Part shown: one piece after another, positions 16,380 through 20,000 of the stretch
Position numbering within the stretch: position 1 is the first letter of the stretch
Layout of the letters: each line of letters opens with the position of its first letter
IMG/VR virus record: IMGVR_UViG_3300027686_000002
From: an uncultured virus (IMG/VR IMGVR_UViG_3300027686_000002)
Taxonomy: Duplodnaviria > Heunggongvirae > Uroviricota > Caudoviricetes
Length of the DNA stretch: 20,000 bases
Reading direction: 5' to 3' (one strand)
Translations under genes and position numbers: made by a program
The notes under the pieces: generated by a model
The model's input: the letters and a program-made list of their open reading frames with translations, nothing else
Database searches by the model: none
What the model was told of the DNA's origin: nothing

Positions 16380-17133
16380 GTATTTTCTTAAGGTAGTTAG
16401 CACTCAAGTGATCATAAAAATTATCAAAGAACTGAAACTTACTCCAAGCCTTTAATCTTCCTTTTATTCTATCTCTCATTCTATGCAAAAAAGTTGTGTT
16501 AGTCTGTATATGATCAGTGTATGATATATAGAACAAATCACCTATGTGTTCATAGTAACCACCTGGTGGAACTTGTGGCACAATATCGTTGTTATTCACA
16601 AAACGATAAGCATCTATTCCATCAAATTGCTTAGTCCATGCAAGTGTTCCTACTTTAGGGCATCCATATGTATAAAGAGATATATCCTTATTGTCTACAT
16701 GAATACGTGTAGCGGCTATAGTTGCCATTGCGGCACCTAAGCTATGTCCACATATTACAAACTTGCGTGATTTTATACTTTTACCTAGCCACTTAGTTAG
16801 TGCTGGCCAAAGTTTATCAAGTTCAGTTTTAAATCCACCATGTACATGTCCTACAGTTTCAGCACTACTTGGCCATGCTTTAACGTCTGCAAGTATGTCT
16901 CCGAATTGTGTTGGTTCAGTTCCTCTAAATGCAATTAATGTATACTTGGGAAATTTAATTCCGTAACATTGTGCAGAACCTTTAGAAAAGAACTTTATAG
17001 TGGAATATTTTATTTTATGTTTTATTAGATACGCTTCCATTGTATCAATATCGTTATATGCTTCTTCTACCATTTCCGCTGTTAATTCAACAACGGCCCA
17101 ATCTATCTTATTTTTTGTTGTTTGATTTGGCAA
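16366..17133 (-). CDS. class 3 lipase (alpha/beta hydrolase)
   Basis: IAFRGTE, VHGGF, CGHSLGAA (GxSxG), YTYGCPKVG, RFVNNNDIVPQVP, terminal DH..ANY. Confidence 0.92.
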   Translation of the reverse strand: MPNQTTKNKIDWAVVELTAEMVEEAYNDIDTMEAYLIKHKIKYSTIKFFSKGSAQCYGIKFPKYTLIAFRGTEPTQFGDILADVKAWPSSAETVGHVHGGFKTELDKLWPALTKWLGKSIKSRKFVICGHSLGAAMATIAATRIHVDNKDISLYTYGCPKVGTLAWTKQFDGIDAYRFVNNNDIVPQVPPGGYYEHIGDLFYISYTDHIQTNTTFLHRMRDRIKGRLKAWSKFQFFDNFYDHLSANYLKKILRRK

Positions 17134-17440
17134 TTACTTTCTCCAGTCTCATCATAGGCATTCTTTTGTTTTCAACATATCTCCACACTTTACCGCGGCC
17201 GTTGTCAATTTCAAAAATAGTTTCTCGTAAACCAATGCTGATGATTGTTGCTTGTTCACCTTCAAGAAAAACTACATCTCCGGGTTCAAACCCAGGTTTC
17301 ATTTTCCATCTTATACTTGCTACTATATCAGCAACTGCTTCTTTAAACCACATTGCTATTATACCACCAATTAGTACTATAATAAACGGCTTAAAGAATT
17401 CTTCTATGTCAATTGCGTATTTTAGTGCTTCTGTTTCCAT
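17108..17440 (-). CDS. minimal MscS-like membrane protein (TM plus beta domain)
   Basis: TM helix followed by FEPGDVVFLEGEQATIISIGLRETIF...YVEN, matching the MscS middle domain. Confidence 0.7.
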   Translation of the reverse strand: METEALKYAIDIEEFFKPFIIVLIGGIIAMWFKEAVADIVASIRWKMKPGFEPGDVVFLEGEQATIISIGLRETIFEIDNGRGKVWRYVENKRMPMMRLEKVIAKSNNKK

Positions 17441-17445
17441 GCTTG

Positions 17446-17451
17446 TATTTA
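17446..17451 (-). promoter_or_regulatory. T4-like late promoter core TAAATA, 5 nt before ATG (minus strand)
   Basis: Reverse complement reads CA-TAAATA-CAAGC-ATG (17440). Confidence 0.6.
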
Positions 17452-17500
17452 TGCGTAATTGAAATTAACATTTGTGTTAATTAAATATTTGATAAATAGG

Positions 17501-17531
17501 TTGACAGAAGACACTACATAGTGTATAAATA
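17501..17531 (+). promoter_or_regulatory. composite sigma70/late promoter of the tmRNA
   Basis: TTGACA-17 nt-TATAAATA; the -10 region doubles as a full T4 late consensus. Confidence 0.75.
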
Positions 17532-17536
17532 TAACT

Positions 17537-17866
17537 TGTAACGTTGAAACTTAATTGAACGCTAAACTGGACCTGGGGGCAGTACCCAGCAGCTCCACCA
17601 TAAACACATCGCCGTGTGGACCGAAAGACGGATTCTATAGGCGTTTCGGCATATGTCGCAGTAGAATATTACGGTGTGTTTTTGATGGGGCTGATATAGG
17701 ATCGACAGGTAGACTAGATAAGTGGAGTTATCCCGATGTAAGCTGGGTTAACGCGAACAAACTTTATAATTGCAAACGCAAATTATGAGCCAGAAATGGC
17801 AATAGCAGCCTAAATTAGGTATGTAGGGGTTTTGGTAACTTGGACCTGGCAACAGAATCAAGTTGC
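17537..17866 (+). ncRNA. ssrA: permuted (two-piece) tmRNA, alphaproteobacterial type
   Basis: Acceptor piece ends GGACCTGGGGGCAGTACCCAGCAGCTCCACCA (17600); intervening segment 17601-17686; coding piece starts GGGGCTGATATAGGATCGAC (17687); tag frame 17772-17813 encodes ANANYEPEMAIAA*; 3' hairpin contains CCTGGCAACAGAA. Outer ends are approximate. Confidence 0.93.
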
Positions 17867-17911
17867 AAACTTCATGGACATAAGTTCATGATTATCTTAA
17901 ACAGGAATAAT

Positions 17912-18496
17912 ATGAAAAATTTAATGATGACTGCGGCCGCAATAGCCGTAATTTCTACAGCCGCATTGGCTGAGGATTATGACAATACATCTATTACTAT
18001 GGCAGCTGAAGGTGCTACAGTAGGAGTTGAGTTGTCAACAAATGATACAACTAGATCACTGGGCGTATACACAACTAACACTGCACTCGATTATGGTGTG
18101 CAAATGATTGATAATGGCACTAAGCGTGACTATAATCTTTCAGTTGGTAATACAGTTGAAATGCCTGTTGGATTTGCCGGAACGGCATATGTTAAAGGCG
18201 AAGCTGAGTATAATTGGGGTGACTCATATACTAAAGCAGAAATGCACATTACACCAGCAGTTGGCTTTAAAACAAAGTTAGCTCAAATTGCTCCATTCGT
18301 TGAAGCTGGTTATAGATTGAAATCAATCGAAGGTGATTATACTAATGTAAACCGTGATGCTCCTTATGCAAAACTTGGTACTTCGTATCAGTTAACGCTT
18401 AACACAGCATTGAACTTAGACGTAACACAGTCTATGGATAAAAAGTGGAAATCAACAGACCGTGAACTTGGTGCAAAATTAACATTTAAATTCTAA
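17912..18496 (+). CDS. outer-membrane beta-barrel protein
   Basis: Signal peptide MKNLMMTAAAIAVISTAALA, alternating amphipathic strands, C-terminal LTFKF beta-signal; AGGA RBS before ATG 17912. Confidence 0.8.
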   Translation: MKNLMMTAAAIAVISTAALAEDYDNTSITMAAEGATVGVELSTNDTTRSLGVYTTNTALDYGVQMIDNGTKRDYNLSVGNTVEMPVGFAGTAYVKGEAEYNWGDSYTKAEMHITPAVGFKTKLAQIAPFVEAGYRLKSIEGDYTNVNRDAPYAKLGTSYQLTLNTALNLDVTQSMDKKWKSTDRELGAKLTFKF

Positions 18497-18510
18497 AAAT
18501 ACTTAAACGG

Positions 18511-18545
18511 AAAAGGGAGCTACTTCTTAAAAGCTCCCTTTTTTT
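18511..18545 (+). terminator. intrinsic terminator
   Basis: AAAAGGGAGC...GCTCCCTTTTTTT. Confidence 0.9.
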
Positions 18546-18563
18546 CTGGCTAAATTACCAAGG

Positions 18564-18592
18564 TTGACTTTTGGCTTCTAATGTGTTACTAT
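18564..18592 (+). promoter_or_regulatory. sigma70-type promoter
   Basis: TTGACT-17 nt-TACTAT with an extended TG; overlapping TATAAT at 18590. Confidence 0.7.
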
Positions 18593-18641
18593 AATAATGT
18601 AGAAATGAATTCTACAACACACAAACACACAGGAGAAGTAA

Positions 18642-18872
18642 ATGGTAACAAATAATAAAAATGCGTATGAGATACGTACAGAAATACTAAGTATGGCCCA
18701 AGGGTTCGTTATGGACAAGTTTCATAATGAAAGAAACAATTGGGAAAGTTCTACAAGTAGACATCCTGAAACAGGACAATTATTATCTACAAAAGATGCA
18801 CCAGTGTATCCTTCATCTGAAGATATACTAGCAGAAGCAAATAAGCTATATTCGTTTGTTGATAGTAAGTAG
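18642..18872 (+). CDS. hypothetical phage protein
   Basis: 76 aa with AGGAG RBS, its own promoter and terminator; NAYEIR.EIL.MA...P..EDIL..A.KLY.FV pattern. Confidence 0.8.
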   Translation: MVTNNKNAYEIRTEILSMAQGFVMDKFHNERNNWESSTSRHPETGQLLSTKDAPVYPSSEDILAEANKLYSFVDSK

Positions 18873-18884
18873 TTAAATTACGGG

Positions 18885-18910
18885 AAAAGCCATCGAAAGG
18901 TGGCTTTTTT
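18885..18910 (+). terminator. intrinsic terminator
   Basis: AAAAGCCATC-GAAA-GGTGGCTTTTTT. Confidence 0.9.
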
Positions 18911-18926
18911 ATGACTAAAATACCGG

Positions 18927-18954
18927 TTGACTTTGGGGTAAATTCTTATATAAT
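18927..18954 (+). promoter_or_regulatory. sigma70-type promoter of the tRNA
   Basis: TTGACT-16 nt-TATAAT, 9 nt upstream of the tRNA. Confidence 0.65.
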
Positions 18955-18963
18955 AGTAAATAT

Positions 18964-19040
18964 GCACCCTTAGCTCATCTGGATAGAGCGTTGGTTTGCG
19001 GAACCAGAGGTAATAGGTTCGAGTCCTGTAGGGTGCACCA
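18964..19040 (+). tRNA. tRNA-Arg(GCG)
   Basis: Acceptor GCACCCT/AGGGTGC, D arm GCTC/GAGC with A20, anticodon arm TTGGT-TTGCGGA-ACCAG, T arm ATAGG-TTCGAGT-CCTGT, encoded CCA. Confidence 0.95.
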
Positions 19041-19060
19041 AATTCATAAAAGAGATATAC

Positions 19061-20000
19061 ATGTTTAAAGGAAAATACAACGAACTAGTAAGTCATCAAA
19101 CTATGATTCAAGATGAAACTAGAACACAAGGTTATATGGAAGCTATTGAAAAAGCAGTTGATCCAGGAGACACTGTTATTGATTTTGGCAGTGGCACAGG
19201 AATATTAGCTATTAAAGCCGCTAAGTGTGGAGCAAATAAAGTTTGGGCAATCGAGCGTAATCCTGTTACAGCTATGATACTCAGAAAAAACATATTATCT
19301 AATAATGTAGATGTTGAAGTATTTGAAGGAACTGCTGCTGAATTTATAATAATGCATCATGGCGAATTTAAAGCAGATGTTGTTATTAGTGAATGTATAG
19401 GAGATCACATATTTGAAAATACTATGGTCTTAGATTTCCACGAAATATGCAAACACTTTTATGCAACAAAATGCATACCTTCAAACTTTAAATTATATTG
19501 TCATGGCGAATACATTACTAGAAAGCAAGATAAATTTGATAATGCAAAAGACAATTTAGCAAAACATGATATTAATTTAGAAATGTTAAACGAAGAATTG
19601 TTTCCAAATGCATTTTTAGATACATGCTATTTTGAAAATAATGATGATAATTTAGATTATTATTTTAAGTTTATTCCAAGTGATAAAGAACATTTACTAT
19701 TTGAATGGAATAATTCAGCTACATTGTTAAATTATGAAGACAATGATGAAATTATTAAAACTAGTTTTACTATGGACAAGTTACCTAATGCAGGTGACTA
19801 CTTAATGTTGTATTGGGATATTGATTTATTTAAAGGTACAATGTTTACAAATAGGCCTAGTAGAAAGAGTACTAAAAATCATTCATATTTTCAACGAACA
19901 ATCAACGTAAGTAGTTATGTAATTCCAGAGTTCAACTTAGGTATTAACATACTATTTGATAAAATAGCAAATGAAGATACTCCTTGTAATAATATTAAAT
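19061..20000 (+). CDS. SAM-dependent methyltransferase, protein-arginine methyltransferase (PRMT)-like; runs off window
   Basis: Translated by hand, open to the end: HQTMIQDETRTQGYMEAI, VIDFGSGTGILAIKAAKCGA.KVWAIE, DVVISECIGDHIFE (double-E loop), YWDIDLF...HSYFQ. Confidence 0.8.
   Translation, partial: MFKGKYNELVSHQTMIQDETRTQGYMEAIEKAVDPGDTVIDFGSGTGILAIKAAKCGANKVWAIERNPVTAMILRKNILSNNVDVEVFEGTAAEFIIMHHGEFKADVVISECIGDHIFENTMVLDFHEICKHFYATKCIPSNFKLYCHGEYITRKQDKFDNAKDNLAKHDINLEMLNEELFPNAFLDTCYFENNDDNLDYYFKFIPSDKEHLLFEWNNSATLLNYEDNDEIIKTSFTMDKLPNAGDYLMLYWDIDLFKGTMFTNRPSRKSTKNHSYFQRTINVSSYVIPEFNLGINILFDKIANEDTPCNNIK

Noticed and set aside
675..17462. Many short antisense or nested ORFs (e.g. 675-1076, 6882-7415, 9576-9962, 13548-13892, 17040-17462)
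   Set aside because: They are shadows of well-supported genes on the opposite strand or in another frame.
17465..17480. Possible CtrA box (TTAA-N7-TTAA)
   Set aside because: The spacing is N8, and such motifs are frequent in AT-rich DNA.
17555..17788. 77-aa ORF from the track
   Set aside because: It lies entirely within the tmRNA gene and is a spurious frame.
1..20000. Stop-codon reassignment, as seen in some large phages
   Set aside because: Known genes are full length in the standard code and end in TAA, TAG or TGA at the expected positions.

Overview
This AT-rich, gene-dense window, almost all on the + strand, most likely comes from a large (T4-like or jumbo) bacteriophage. The host is probably an alphaproteobacterium, inferred from a permuted two-piece tmRNA, a DUF1127 protein and a ROSE-like thermometer. 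The left part (1-4400) is a series of small cassettes driven by near-identical sigma70-type promoters with a palindromic spacer; it encodes an ATP-dependent DNA ligase, a PTH2-like protein, a RelA/SpoT-type HD hydrolase and a 2OG-Fe(II) oxygenase-like protein. The middle holds a translation and proteostasis cluster (ClpP, ClpX, IF3, bS21, Hsp20, ClpS), followed by metabolic genes (GATase-like, cytidylyltransferase, HAD, class I aldolase, GMP reductase). The right part has a structured RNA leader in front of three small proteins including DUF1127, a catalytically dead DNA-ligase paralog, a lipase/MscS-like pair, the tmRNA with a long structured intervening segment, an outer-membrane beta-barrel, tRNA-Arg(GCG) and a PRMT-like methyltransferase. 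The most notable signals are: (i) a phage-encoded tag-and-degrade system whose ClpX and ClpS substrate-recognition residues are altered; (ii) TAAATA-N5-ATG late promoters that imply leaderless mRNAs; (iii) two candidate new structured RNAs. All calls come from motif recognition by eye; no database searches were run.
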